A stretch of 64,000 nt of DNA from Strigamia acuminata (lineage: Eukaryota). Positions 49,624 through 63,143 of the stretch are shown here, piece by piece. The notes beneath the pieces were generated by a model. That model searched no databases. It was not told the origin of the DNA and saw only the letters and a list, made by a program, of their open reading frames with translations. Each line of letters starts with the position of its first letter. Positions within the stretch are counted from its first letter, which is position 1. The stretch lies in assembly GCA_949358305.1 (NCBI GenBank), contig OX442314.1:10478001-10542000 (forward strand), given 5' to 3'. A program made the translations under genes and the position numbers.

Positions 49624-52600
49624 TTATTTCTTCTTCTTAATTTTGTTACTATTCAAATTTAAATGAGATCCAGAAACTGGCAAATGGCCGGCCAACGTGC
49701 AGCTCTTGCAGCAAAAACGGGCGTAGTAAACGTTCGAGCAGTAGTTGGCTTTAACTACGAGTTTACAGTTGGTAAAGTACGGATTATCGGTGCAGTTGAC
49801 GTGCAACTCGAAGCCTAGAAATTAAATTAAATTAAATTAAAATAATTGAAAATTCAATTGCTAAATTAATTTACCATTGATGGTAATTGAAGCGGACGAC
49901 GAGGCCGAATCAAACTCGTTGCTCGCCTCGCATTTGTACGTGCCAGTGTCGCTCGGTTTCGCGTTATAAATCACCACGGTTCCGTTACCAATCACCTGCA
50001 CACGCGGACCCGGAATCAGCTTCGCCTCGTCCTTGTACCACTTGAGACTGTCGCTACCATTTGTCGCGCAATCGATTCGGATATCGCTGTTCATCGGGAA
50101 AACAGTCGATTCCAATTGGATTTCAGCCGTCACTTGCACTAAAAATTCGTGTAAATTCATTAATTTTTCACCAAAATTAATCAATTTTTCACCAAAATTC
50201 ATCAATTTTTCACCAAAATTTATCAATTTTTCACCAAAATTCATCAATTTTTCACCAAAATTCATCAATTTTCACCAAAATTCATCAATTATTCACCAAA
50301 ATTCATCAATTATTCACCAAAATTAATCAATTTTTCACCAAAATTAATCAATTTTTCACCAAAATTAATCAATTTTTCACCAAAATTAATCAATTTTTCA
50401 CCAAAATTAATCAATTTTTCACCAAAATTAATCAATTTTTCACCAAAATTAATCAATTTTTCACCAAAATTAATCAATTTTTCACCAAAATTAATCAATT
50501 TTTCACCAAAATTCATCAATTTTTCACCAAAATTCATCAATTTTTCACAAAATTAATCAATTTTTCACCAAAATTAATCAATTTTTCACCAAAATTAATC
50601 AATTTTTTTATCGAAATTAACCAAAATTTAAAAAAATAACCAATTAATTGAAATTATTATTATTAATATTAGTATTTAGTGACGAGTAGTAATAAATAAG
50701 CAATAATACCTGAATCAAAATGAGTAGTGCTAGTATTTTGACTTTCAATTCAATATCATCCCCCATGGACGAGGAATCGACAAAAGAAAGAACGGAAGTG
50801 AGGTCAGTTAGGTTAGTGAAATCATGCACGAGAGAATCATCTTGAAAAGAATCGTCAGCGCCCAAATAATTCGCATCTGGCAACTCCAACGTCTCGACCG
50901 AAATCCCGTCCGCGAACTTATTCGCCAACTCAAACGAAACCACCTTTTCCGACGACCCGCCATCTCCAACCCCGAAACCCGCATCATCTCCGCTCTTCTT
51001 CCCGACCGCATCATCCAAAAATCTCGCAAAAACGCCCGACCCGCCAACATCCAACGGCACCACCTCTTCCTTCAAACCCGCGCCGAGCTCTCTACCGACA
51101 GGACCATCCTCGCTAGCCGCAGGAGCATCCTCCAGCGGAATATTCTCGTCGTCCTCGTAGTAATAATACAATTGTATTCACTTTTTTGTGACCTCCTTTA
51201 TTAGTGTGATTAAAGCAATCTTGCTTTGGCTAATAAAGTATAGTGTTAAATCATTTCCCCACATTTCACGGCCGCTGAGTAGAAGTCCCACGTGCCATCT
51301 CAACGACGATTTACTTAGTAATTTCAATAGAATTTTAAGTAGAAAACCCGGATCGCCGCAGTGTTTATTCGTTTCTTACCAAAGGAATGCAAACACCGTC
51401 TTCCACATCCGTTTTGACAACATTTATAATCAAATTCGCAGTCCACGTCGGTGTGCCATGCACTGGCCCTAGTCTTTACTGACCACAACAACTCGCGGAC
51501 AGTGACCTAGTTTGTTATCTTGGCACAATTGCACAGTTTTAAGCATAAAAATTCCATATGCAAAGCAAAAATAACGAAATTTGACCATTTAAACTCACTT
51601 CTACGACACACCGGGTGTCCACCGAGCTCGCCGTACTCCTGTTTCTGCACTACGCACGTTGTTCCTTCTGGACAGAAAATTCCCTGATTTTTTAAAATAG
51701 AAAATAAATAAATAAATAAATAATCTTTTTAAAATAGCAAATTTACATTGCACGGGTTCGCGCATCGGCATTTGCTGCATCCATTCTCGTCTCTATATTC
51801 CTCTATTCCGTACGGGCAGCTTAGAACGGTGCATTCTTCCGGTTCCGGACAAGTTGCTGCGGAAAAATTTAAAAATTCCAAAAATTTCGATTTCGGTTAT
51901 TTTGCAGAATACGAAAGCGGTTAACGACTTAAAATAGACAACTTACGTGCAGAACAAAAACCCAAACAAATATCATTACTCTTAAAACGATTCTTATTCC
52001 CCCTGCATCCACCATACGCAAAGGGAATGCAAGTGCCGCGAACCGAATCGAAATACCAACGCCGATCGAAATTCGTGCAAGGACCAGCATCGGGCGGAAA
52101 ACGACAAATTTCTATAACGCATTCCACGTTCGAGGTTAGTACAAACAAACAAAATAAAAATAAACAAATTAAAAATCATACCTCTTAAACTGATATCATT
52201 TCCATTCTCACCTGCAAAAGCCGCATATAAAAAAAATAAAAAAAAAACCCAAAAGGACCTTACACTGCAAAAACTTACTGAAAAAAATGCTGGCGATGCA
52301 CACTTGCTCGCACTCTTTCTTGCTCTCAAAACGGTTCCCGTTCCCACTGCATCCGCCGAACACAAAACTCTTGCATTCCTTATCCGCCGGGTCGTGGTAC
52401 CACTTCGGAAAGTCGCCCACGCAAGGCCCGCGTTCGTTAGGCAGCGAACAAACATCTAAATTTAAAAAATAAAGTAATAAATAATAAAAATAATATTTTG
52501 TTCGTTGTACCGTGTCCTTTAAACTCTCCGCACGCGCGTTTGCAGCTTTCTTCGGACACAAAGCGATTTGTGTTTCCGCCGCAGCCACCAAACACGAATA

Positions 52601-54247
52601 GCTTGCACGAACGTTCCTGTCCGTCGAAGTACCAGCTGAAGACGGTCGATTGACACGGTCCGGGATCACGTGGCAACGTGCACGGATCGGCGCTGACCCC
52701 CGTCTGCTCGGACGACGATTCCACGCTCGTCTTTTTACACCGCGCCTGACAATCGTCCAATCTGTTGAACCGATTTCCGTTGCCGAAGCAACCGCCGAAT
52801 ACAAACTCCTCGCATTGGTCCGTCTGGGGATTGAAGTACCACCGTTTAAACTTCCTGCTGCAGGGCCCCACCACTTTGGGAAGTTTGCAAATTTCTAAAC
52901 AAATAAAACATTCATTTTATTTTACATTTTTGCTCTTGAAAAACTTGACAAAACAGAAAAACCTTGCGAATGGAAACACTTTTGCTCGCATTCTTGTCTC
53001 GTTTCGAACCGGTTGTTGTTTCCATTGCAGCCGCTGTAGTAGAATTGTTCGCAGACACCCGTGTCCTTCTTGTAGTACCATTTAATGATATTGTCGTCGC
53101 AACGGCCATACGCCTTGTCCAAATGGCAATCCTCTGTAAAGAAAATTAAAATTAAAATTTTCAAACGTTTCAAATGGATTAAAACTAATTTTTACCTAAT
53201 TTAAATTCTTCTTCGGGGTCCAGCACGGTCACTTGCCAGCGCGCGGGGTTCCCGATGCCGTTGTAGGCCTGGCACGAGTAATCGCCGTAGTCGGTTTCAA
53301 GAACGGATCGGATGAGCAGCGAGTAGTTGTTGAATTGTTCGTATTTCTCGCTTCGTCTTGGGAGCATGTGGTAGCCGTGCCACCACGTCACTTTGGGTCG
53401 CGGGTAGCCGTACGCTTTGCAGTCGATGAGGGACGGGGAACCTACAGCCGCCACCACCACCCTTACACCGGGAAGAATGCGTGCAGGCTCTGATGAAATA
53501 AAGTGACATGAAATACGTGCAATACGTGCAAAAGTTAAACGTGCAACATCTTTGGAAATTTACTTACCCAGATGCCCGGATTAAAGGAAATTTGTTTTTA
53601 AGAGTTTTGACAGGCACAGGTAATTGATTTAACCATTTTATGCACAAAACAAAACAATTTTTAAGCTTAAATTCATTTCATAGACCAAAATTTGACCTTT
53701 TTGAAGCATAAAAACTGATAACTTTTACAAAATGAGTTTTTTAGACTCAAAAAATTGATTTGTTTTGGTATTTTCTGTGTTAGCGATGCCAAAACTGTTT
53801 ATTTATTCCCATAATCTCTTTAGACATTCATTGTCTAATTAATACCTCCGACAATAAGGCGCGTGTGTTTTTCAGCCGGCCTTCCGAAGCCGTTGTCGGC
53901 CACACAGGTGTAAAGACCAGCATCCGACGGCAGAACGTTTTTGATGTCGAGATAATCGTGAATGAATTGTATCCGCACGTCGTCGATGGGGGAATCCTGT
54001 CCATCTTTCCTCCAGTAAATGAAAGGCCGCGGTTCTCCGTGCGCGATGCACGGAATTCGAGCCGTGTTGTTAATGCGAACTCGCACCTCCTCGTCCGACG
54101 GATCAATCTGCGGCGACGGACGACCTGCAACAACATCACACAAAATTAACAAAAATATTAATTTAACCCTACCAAACGCCGATCTACAAAACACACGTTC
54201 GATCAGTCCAACTTCTTCGGGCGGATGACTGTGACTCGGTTCAGCTG
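49624..54247 (-). pseudogene. Papilin block: Ig x2, Kunitz x5, antistasin, WAP, acidic segment, Ig, PLAC
   Basis: PLAC domain CTDNPYFTNCKLVVKANYCSNVYYARFCCKSC with stop at 49624-49626. The WAP exon has an in-frame TAG and a frameshift; no TSP1 or ADAM-spacer N-terminus in the window. Confidence 0.88.
50150..50610. repeat. 24-bp intronic minisatellite (tcaccaaaattaatcaattt...)
   Basis: About 19 tandem units; source of the spurious NFGEKLI ORFs. Confidence 0.92.
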
Positions 54248-55329
54248 AAATCAATTTTTTAATTAAATTCAGCACAAATAAGAATAGGATTTAGTAAAAC
54301 CAGGCCAACCTCGAATCTAATAACCGGTTAGACATGAAATAAAGTCGAGAATTAGTGTTAGAGAGGGAGAACAAAATGTCAATGTCACATAAAATTAACA
54401 AAAAGATTAATTTTACCCAAGCAAACAACGAGCAACAGAATACTCGTTTTTACATTTTTATTCGTGAAAACCCTGGAAAGAAAAACCGAAAAACTTTGTG
54501 AATGAAGGCACATCTCCCACGTTCGAGGAAAGTAAAAATAAACAAAACAAATAAAATAAAATAAGAAATATAAAATGCATACCGCTCAAACTGATTTCCT
54601 TTCCATTTCCATGTGCAAAAAGTGCAAATAAAAATAAAAATAAAAATAAAAATCCCAATATCTTGGCCATTACTACGTCGCAATTTTATTATCTGAAATG
54701 ATCAAATAAACTTGTTTTTTACACGGTCGCATCGAGATCGAGAGATGTTCATCAGACTGGCTCACAGTCTGAAGTGCGCGGTGTATCGATATTCGAGACG
54801 TGAGCATCGTTATCGAATACGGTACCGAATACGACACCACCGCCAATTCAAAACTGCCAAGGTTTTGACCGCCAAACCATTATTGTCAATGCGTTATAAC
54901 AGCAAATAACCGCATATGATTAAAAATGACTGAAAATGACAGAAAACGACCTAACGTGGTCGTTTTTGGTCGTTTTCGCGAAGTTTTTGGCCATTTTCTG
55001 TCATTTTCTGCCAGTTTAGGTCGTTTTCTGGTCGATTCCGCGATGTTTTTGGCCATTTTCGGTTATTTGCTGTTGTTTCCATTGGCGCCCCTTGCATTGG
55101 CGGTAGCGGCTTTGCTGTAACGCATTGGCAGCAACTTCTCGTCTCGTAGTTAATATTCACAATTCAGTATATTCAGTATAAACATAACTTAAAACTAACA
55201 TATTGTTTTATTTCAATCAAAATCTACAAACTGGCTACTTTGTTTACATTTAAAAATCATATTAAAATCTACAAAAACGAACAATTCTTTTTTATCTTCT
55301 TCGTTTAGTGATTCCTGACTCAGGGTTAG

Positions 55330-56370
55330 TGCTGGAGTCCGATTCGTCCTAGTCATAGCCCAGAAAGTTTGCTTCTTTGGCGAAGTTCCAGCCATCCGGA
55401 CAGCAACCGTGTTCGGAGGTCTGGCAATTCTCGAACGGATTGGGACAGCCTTCGTAGTTTGGGCCTTTGGCTACGGAGACACTGTCGGGACAACAACCGA
55501 AAGTGGACTCAGAGCAGTCGGAGAAAGGTGCCATGGCGCCTGTGGTGGTGCTTTTGGAGCGCAAATTAAGATAAGAATAAAATCAAAACAGATCGGCCAT
55601 TACAGGCAGCAAGGAAAAATAACGTCACACTAGACGCATTCGAAAAGTAAATTGTTATTTCCATTACAAATAACGCCATCGAATGCACTTTTACTCATGA
55701 AAAAGCTTTCAAATAAAAACACTTTGCACGTTCGAGAAATGTAAAAATAAAGAAAATAAAATAAAATAAAATAAAATAAAATAAAATAAAATAAAAAAAA
55801 TGGATAGTTTTGACAGGCAGAGGTAATTGCATTTTGACTAAGATTTGACCCATGGTCAACAAAACACTTTTTAAGCCAAAATTCATTTTATAGAACAAAA
55901 TTTGACCTTTTTGAAGCATAAAAACTGACAACTTTTACAAAATGAATTTTTTAGACTCAAAAAATTCATTTTACGCGTGAAAAAATTGATCTGTTTTGCT
56001 ATTTTCTGTGCTAGTGATGCCAAAACTGTTAAGTTATTCCCGTAATCTCTAGCTATTATTTAGACATTCATTGTCTAATTTATACCTTCGACAATAAGGC
56101 GCGTGTGTTTTTCAGCCGGTGTTCTGAAGCCGTTGTCGGCCACACAGGTGTAAAGACCAACATCCGACGGCAGAACGTCTTGGATCTCGAGATAATCGTG
56201 AATGAATTGTATGCGCACGTCGTCGATGGGAAAATCCTGTCCATCTTTCCACCAGTAAATGAAAGGCCGTGGTTCTCCGTGCGCGATGCACAGAATTCGA
56301 GCTGTGTTGTTAATACGAACTCGCACCTCCTCGTCCGACGGATCAATCCGCGGCGACGGACGACCTGCAA
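55330..56370 (-). pseudogene. Papilin fragments: third copy of the Ig exon and Cys-rich repeats
   Basis: Near-copies of 53864-54127 and 42890-43110. Confidence 0.85.
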
Positions 56371-56399
56371 CATCGGAACTCATGCATGGACGACCCAAA

Positions 56400-56642
56400 A
56401 GAAAGAAACTAAAAGAGAAGAGTCAAAATTTTGGAAGGATCATCCCAGATAATTCAATCAAAACAAACAGAAAACAAAACAGGCAGGTGTGATACAAATT
56501 CAAAATGGCAAAATGATAAGAAATTAAATTCTTAATACAAATCTCAAATGCTACAGTGCATCAGCTCAATTCTAGAGTGATAAATACGCATTGATTGCAT
56601 CATTTTTATCAAATTAAATCTAATAGGTGAATGCTACAATCC
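56400..56642. repeat. ~240-bp direct dispersed duplication (second copy about 61143-61381)
   Basis: Near-identical sequence gaaagaaactaaaagag...gaatgctacaatcc at both sites. Confidence 0.9.
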
Positions 56643-57973
56643 TGTGTATCGGAATGCAGATCGACAATTTTCAAGCTGTTAAATACTAGTATGATCGGTT
56701 GCCTATCGAAAATTGTATTTAAAATCACAATTGGAATTAAAGTTAATAGAATTTAATTTGGTTTTGTCAGAGAAATATGTCAACATCACATCAATTGTTG
56801 TACATGTGTGGTAGGATAATAATACAAATAAGCTTATTCCATGGGTGAACATCACCAGTTTATGGTTATGGTTATGGTTACAGTATGCCATGCCATCGAA
56901 AAAAAATTTACGCCGAGAGTAAATGAATTCCGTGAACGAGAGAAGGAAAACAAAGGCAAAGCAGCAGAGATACAACACCCACCGCATCCAAAATCAAACC
57001 CAACGCATCCAACATCAAACCTACCATCAAACCAACCATCAAACCTACCGGTACAACCGGTACAACTGGTACAACTTCGAGGAGGCGGCGGCGGCGGATG
57101 GAGCACAAACGTGAATGTGTCTTTGGTGCTGCAACAAATCTTTTACGTGGGACTAGGAATTGTGATGATCGCATACCTTTCTGCACTCGCTTTTTCGTTC
57201 TTCCGTGTGTTATTGAGGTTAAACAGTTGTAAAAGCACGAAAAAAAAATTAAAAAATTGATTTTTTGAAAACTTTTATTCACCTACAAGTAAAACTTCCA
57301 GCCCGATTAGAATTGCAAGAACAATTTGGAATTTTACATGAATAATGGGGAAGAAAAGTAAAAATAAGAAAAATATTAATAAAAATATATATTTTTCTTT
57401 GAAAATTTATTATTTTAAATATTTTTGTGTAAATTTATGTATTTAATTTGCTTTCCTCTTTATTTCAGATTAAATATCCAATTATACAGCCACAATAATG
57501 ACACCACAATTGGCCTTCGTCGACATCATGTTCGAGTTCGACGAGGAAATGCACAAACATACACTTGTGTAAGTAAATCTTAAAAAATTATTTACAACTT
57601 AATCACTTTATAAATCGAGGTAAATTCGAATCGGGCGCGAACGAAATTTCGTGGTGGCAATAGGAAATTTTTCGCTGAAGAAATTACTGGTATATTTTTT
57701 TACGACATGCCAAGTGTTGCGAGTTTACGACATCACCTCTCCCATCTGCATGAGACTCACTGGCACCACTAAAAAGTATGTTTTTAATTCCGACATGGCG
57801 TGTCAACATACACAGCCTTTGGCGCGACATGCGACCCCGGTGCCGTGGCTACCTCCTATAGGTGCATGCACATTTCGCGGGTCCCATTTCAGGTACCATG
57901 TTTTTGGTGCTAGTGGTCGTCTGGCACGGACTCGTGCTTGTTTCAACCCAATTTCAGCAAAGAAAAAATTGTT

Positions 57974-58140
57974 GGTCAGTTAGAAGAGGAAATTCATATG
58001 ATTCAGCCAAAAGGATTTATAAAGGGCGAAAGATGTGTTTTTTACAAAAAAGTTTATATAAGTTGATATGGGAGTGCCAAGTCACATTTTTGGAATGAAG
58101 ATTTGTTTTAACAAGAAGGAAATTATATTGAGCCAAGATC
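57974..58140 (+). mobile_element. Copia reverse transcriptase relic
   Basis: GQLEEEIHMIQPKGF...LQKSLY and DMG...IFGMKI...IILSQ motifs joined by a deletion. Confidence 0.75.
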
Positions 58141-58322
58141 ATCAAGAAGAACAAGAAAGCGCCACTTTCCGGAACTAAATATGTATCGGTCTAGGAGCGA
58201 TTTAGTTTAAACTTGGACAAATAGAGTCCAAGGTTTAAACTTTTAAAGTTATAATTTTTTTTAATTCTTTAGTCTACTTAAGTTTTCTGCTGTTTTTCAG
58301 TAATTTTCAACAGTGTAAAAAG

Positions 58323-58900
58323 ATGGATTTCACCAGAGGAACAAACAGAAACAGGTTTTCTTTTGCTAAAAAATTAATAGATTAATTTTTAATATTTAAT
58401 TTTCATTTCATTTTTTTTTGTATTGCAGGTATTTAGAAGTGGAGGAATTCTTGGAGTTATATCCAAATTTGGAAACCTATTTTAAAAAAGACAACAGAAA
58501 AGAGAGTGCTCTATATGAGTCACATGTAAGATCTTATGTATTGACAAAATATTTTCACCTGCATGAAAGTGACTTGACAACACTCATGAAAAGCCACCGT
58601 TACATCTTAACGCCGATTGTGAAGGTGGTTTCAGCCATTGATAGTAATTTAATAAAAAGAAAATTATTTTTTAAGAAAATGTCATAAAATAATAGCATTG
58701 TAAAACCATTGGGTTTACTGCTACAGCTGTTGTAAACACTAGAACGGCCAGACCATGACCGTTCTAGTGTTAATAAAAAAAAATTAATTGCAGGTCCGTT
58801 AAACAAGAGGGCCAGGTTGTGTGTGGCACCTGAGGTTGAACCTGAGGTTAAACCTGAGGTTACTCTGAGGAGGAGAAATTCTACGTGGAAAATATCGACA
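58323..58900 (+). pseudogene. RNF216-like copy D (5' exons only), inverted
   Basis: ATG at 58323 (MDFTRGTNRN), exon 2 LEVEEFLELYPNLETYF..., truncated third exon. Confidence 0.7.
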
Positions 58901-61900
58901 CGTGTATGACAAGTTTATTTTTCAAACCAGTTCAACTGTTAATAAATATATATATATTCGTCAAAACAATTTGTAACATTTTTGGTCATTGAGATAAGCC
59001 GTTTTTCATTTCTAATTCCCGCCCTCACTTGACCGATTTGTTCATTTAAGGGTAATTTAATTTTAATTTTTTTTAGCAAGCAATTGTCATTGTTTTTATT
59101 CAGTGCTGGACTAGAAAGAAATTTAGTACCGGGAAATCTGGATAGGTCGTGCCACAGGAACAAATTTATACCGGCCACCGAGAAGTTCCCGATATCCCAC
59201 CCTGCCAGTCCAGCATTGGGGGTTTGCATCAGAAAGACAATAGTAGAGCAAGTTATCGTTAAAAGATTTTACATTTGGCACAAACACAGGTCCCTAAACG
59301 GAGTCATGGAGTTTTTTAACTTCATAAAACACTGCCATTGGCTGAAATTATCACAAACAATATGAAGAAGTTGATATTAAGAAATAATTTAACTTCATTG
59401 CAGTTGCCAAAAATGCTAGCTATTCTATGGCAACCCAACACAAGTACAGTCAGGAGAAATTGTGGAAATAATCAAGAGAAAGAAATAAAAGGATTCCAAT
59501 AAGAGAGAATAAAAAGTTGGATATTAACCAAACTGAACACACAAGAAACGAAAACAACTTTCCACCACTAGAACAGCTAGACTGGTCAAAATGACCCAAT
59601 GGGTTTCCAATAGTGTTTTTTTATGCTTTACATCATAAATCAGCAATCGTGGCATTTTCTTAAAGATGCATTAAAAAAAGAGAATTAACCTAAAACGACT
59701 GCACGCAATGTTTTAGCATCAAATTGATTTGTTTTAAATTCAGAAACACCTTGGGGCATCCCCAACAAAGATGAAAAGACAAAGAACCACTCCATGGGTC
59801 ATCCAGTAAAAGGTGACTGAAAAATTTTCCACAGTCCCAGAGAAGTCCAACCAAGAGCATTTGAGATTGATTACAATTAATAGAGCAAGAACCTTGACCA
59901 TCCTCTGAGCCGCTGATTATTTAGAAACTAAAAACCAGCACAAGGCCAGATCTTTGTTGAGGTTTAACAAGGACCCAAGAGAGATCCACTTCCCGTATTT
60001 AAATTCGGCTAACTCGTATTTCTCATTTTTTAAATATCTGAAGTTTGTCAGGACGTCAACTGCCAAAAGACGCAACCTTTGAAAGTATTTTCCGTTATCT
60101 TATTCCCAAAGTCCAAAGCAAGACAAAGAAAATTAAAGTTCTTTCTTAATATTGATATATTTGTTTTTCTGTTTCTTTTTTAGATTGAGGGTCACTACTA
60201 ATGCCTCTGTCTGACAATAGAATACAAGAAAAAAAGTTTAAAATGGCCTTTTATGGCCGCCAATTTGAGGAGAGACTAAAGCACTATGCTTCTTACTAAG
60301 GAAGTAGAAATCAAACTAGACGCAGTAACTGACACATACTTGAAGAAGCGAAAAAAATATCCACCACAACTTGTATGTGGATGTTGAGGGTATTATTTAA
60401 GAAGTAAAGAGACTTATTTACACCGTTTCCAAAAACGGTGATTGTGATGTGCTGTTACACAACAGACTGGGAGGTGTGTCATAAATAGGAATTTCCACTC
60501 AGTTGTATGTTGCGCCACAAGTTAACACCAACCTGAGGGACCAACATTTAGATTAGATTAGATTAGATTAGATTAGATTAGATTCCATTGAAAAACGTTC
60601 AAATAAATTTGCAGCTAAAAAGTTATTAGCCAACCAGTAAAGCAACATTAAAGAACCAGATGACAGGAATCATGTAAAAATGATCAGTTTAGCTCTTTTG
60701 ACATTAACACGACATTTAAACCAATTTATGACAGATTTCTGCAAATTTAGACCAATTTACGACAGATTTATGCAAATTCGAACCAACTTCTGCACATTTA
60801 AAGTAAATAACAGCAGATTTCTTCAAACTTAAACCAAGCATTTTGATCATGATGTCAGTACGGCCTGCAACAGAGCGCCAGGAAAAAAGGTAGGACCCTC
60901 AGGATTTCTCCCCAGACACATTTCAACGTTGCAGAGCATAAAAGACCAATACAGATGGGCATGGAACTGATTTGGCAAGGAAAAGTAAAAATGAAGCACA
61001 ATTCTTGAGAAGCCTGGATTATTATCTTGAAAGCAACAAGCGCTATCAATGCAGAAAAAGGTGCAATGTCAAATGAAATTTTCCAGTATGTAAACAATCC
61101 AATGAATCAATCTTGTGAGAAAGAACGTGTGCAACCAACTTTGAAAGAAACTAAAAGAGGAGAGTCAAAATTTTGGAAGGATCATCCCAGATAATTCAAT
61201 CAAAACATACAGAAAACAAAACAGGCAGGTGTGATACAAATTCAAAATGGCAAAATGATAAATTAAATTCTTAATACAAATCTCAAATGCTACAGTGCAT
61301 CAGCTCAATTCTAGAGTGATAAATACGCATTGAATGCATCATTTTTATCAATTTAAATCTAATAGGTGAATGCTACAATCCAGAATAAATAAATTAAACA
61401 GCTACTAACACTAAACCGGCGACTCAAAATCCAGTCTTGATCCAATTCTTTTGTCAGGCAAGCAGAAGACCAAATTAACGACAAGAACTGCCATTTTGGT
61501 CAAAAACAGAATAGAAACTCGCGATACCACATCAGCGGAAAAGAGAGAAAAACACATGAAATTCCATCACAGACAAAATATTAACTAAAATCAAACCGTC
61601 AGATAAAAAAGCCAAATCTAATCCTTTGGTTTTGCATCATTATCATCACGAAAACGAATGGAAACACCGAAAAACATCGATCGAAGCGAAAAGCAAACGA
61701 CAAAGCACGAAATGGAATGAAGAACACAAACACGTGCGGTTGCTAAGCGAAGGAAAAGCATCTCTATTGGTTCGAATCGACGTCAACAAATTTCAGTTAA
61801 TAATAATTATTCCCACCAGAGTGACTCTGCAACTCACAAGTCAGTGTCAGAAAATGTTGAATTTTTAATCCAAATTTTTCAAACCAACAAAATGTAAAGA

Positions 61901-62805
61901 AAATAAAATAATAAAAAAAATTAACAAATTAACAAATTAAATAATAAAAAAATTAACAAATTAACAAATTAAATAATTAAAAAATTAAAATCTACCTCTT
62001 TTCGCGAAATGTCACCTGTAGCCGATCCAGGCTCTACCGTCGTGGTCAAGTCTGCTCGGACGACAAAAAAGAAATTAAAAGCGATACTGTACATCCTTCG
62101 ATATTTATCAATTTTTTTCGATTAAGATCAGTTAAAATTGCTGAAGTAACGCGATTTTTAACGTGAAAACAGTATTTCAATTTGAATTAAACGTGAATTT
62201 GAATTCCTTCGTTATTTATGCCGAAAATAAAGAAAAACGTTACATTTCTTCAAAGATTTATGAATTTCGAAAGCATTTTCAAACCTTTTCCACGGATGTT
62301 TGAGGGTTTTTAAAGAATTATTCGACCGCATTTTTGTATAAAGTTTGTGCTATTTTATCTCTTGTCGTTGCCTAATAAACAATAACATAAAAATTATTTT
62401 TTTTAAATGCGATCAAACGATGAAATATTCAAAACAAACCGCTTTTATAGTCATTTTCGTTGATTGTGGACTAAGTTGTTTTCGTTTTTCCGATTTTCTT
62501 CTTAACAATACTCGCCAACGCAGCCGGACAACTAGACAGAAATTTCTCTTGTTCTGCCAATAAATCTTCATCCGTTTCTTTAATACTCGGTCGCTTCACG
62601 CTTATTTCTAACGAGTCGCACATGCCTGTCACCATACTCTATGCCTGTCACTTTGGCCGCCATTACTCATCTACAATACTCGCCGCGAGATGTCCCCACA
62701 AAATCAAAATCCCCACGTCGGAAATTAGAATTTGTAAAGTTTTTCTTAGATTCGAAAGATTTTAGGAGAATTTTAATTTTTACAGGGTAAAATTGTACAG
62801 TGTTC

Positions 62806-63143
62806 CTTCAGGTTGTCAGACAGGTTTGACCGTCCCGCGTAGCCCGGGTTCATCGTGATGAAGATGGCCATGTCCGAGTTCACTTTCACCCGTTTGTCCA
62901 CCAACTCGACGCTCAAATCCTCGTTCTTCTGTCGTTCTTGGACCGTCTGGATCTGCTACGACACGGCCGACAGCATGGCCTTCTCCAGGCGGCCGGTCGT
63001 TCTTGGAGGACCGAGTCGGCGAGGACGTTGAGTGTTGCTTCCACTTGTTGCAGGACCACGTCCATCGGTAAAGTGTTCTTCGCGTTGCTATTGTTGCGTT
63101 GCTATTGTTTGCCACTGCGCCCAAGCGAGTTGACTCGTCGAGA
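62806..63143 (-). pseudogene. DYNC1H1: Cytoplasmic dynein heavy chain fragment (linker fused to part of AAA1)
   Basis: VLQQVEATLNVLADSVLQE joined by a deletion to MLSAVS*QIQTVQE...[38 protein letters not shown] at 62956-62958. Confidence 0.88.

Noticed and set aside
42800..56370. A single intact papilin gene with alternative exons
   Set aside because: Kunitz exons lie downstream of the PLAC stop, the WAP exon has a stop and frameshift, the N-terminal TSP1 cassette is missing and exons are duplicated out of order.
56841..57260. 139-aa ORF with a hydrophobic C-terminal segment
   Set aside because: Low complexity, no recognisable family and no supported gene structure; may be another fragment but cannot be called.
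60548..60584. Interstitial telomere-like (TTAGA)n
   Set aside because: Only about 7 units and not the arthropod TTAGG repeat; an ordinary microsatellite.
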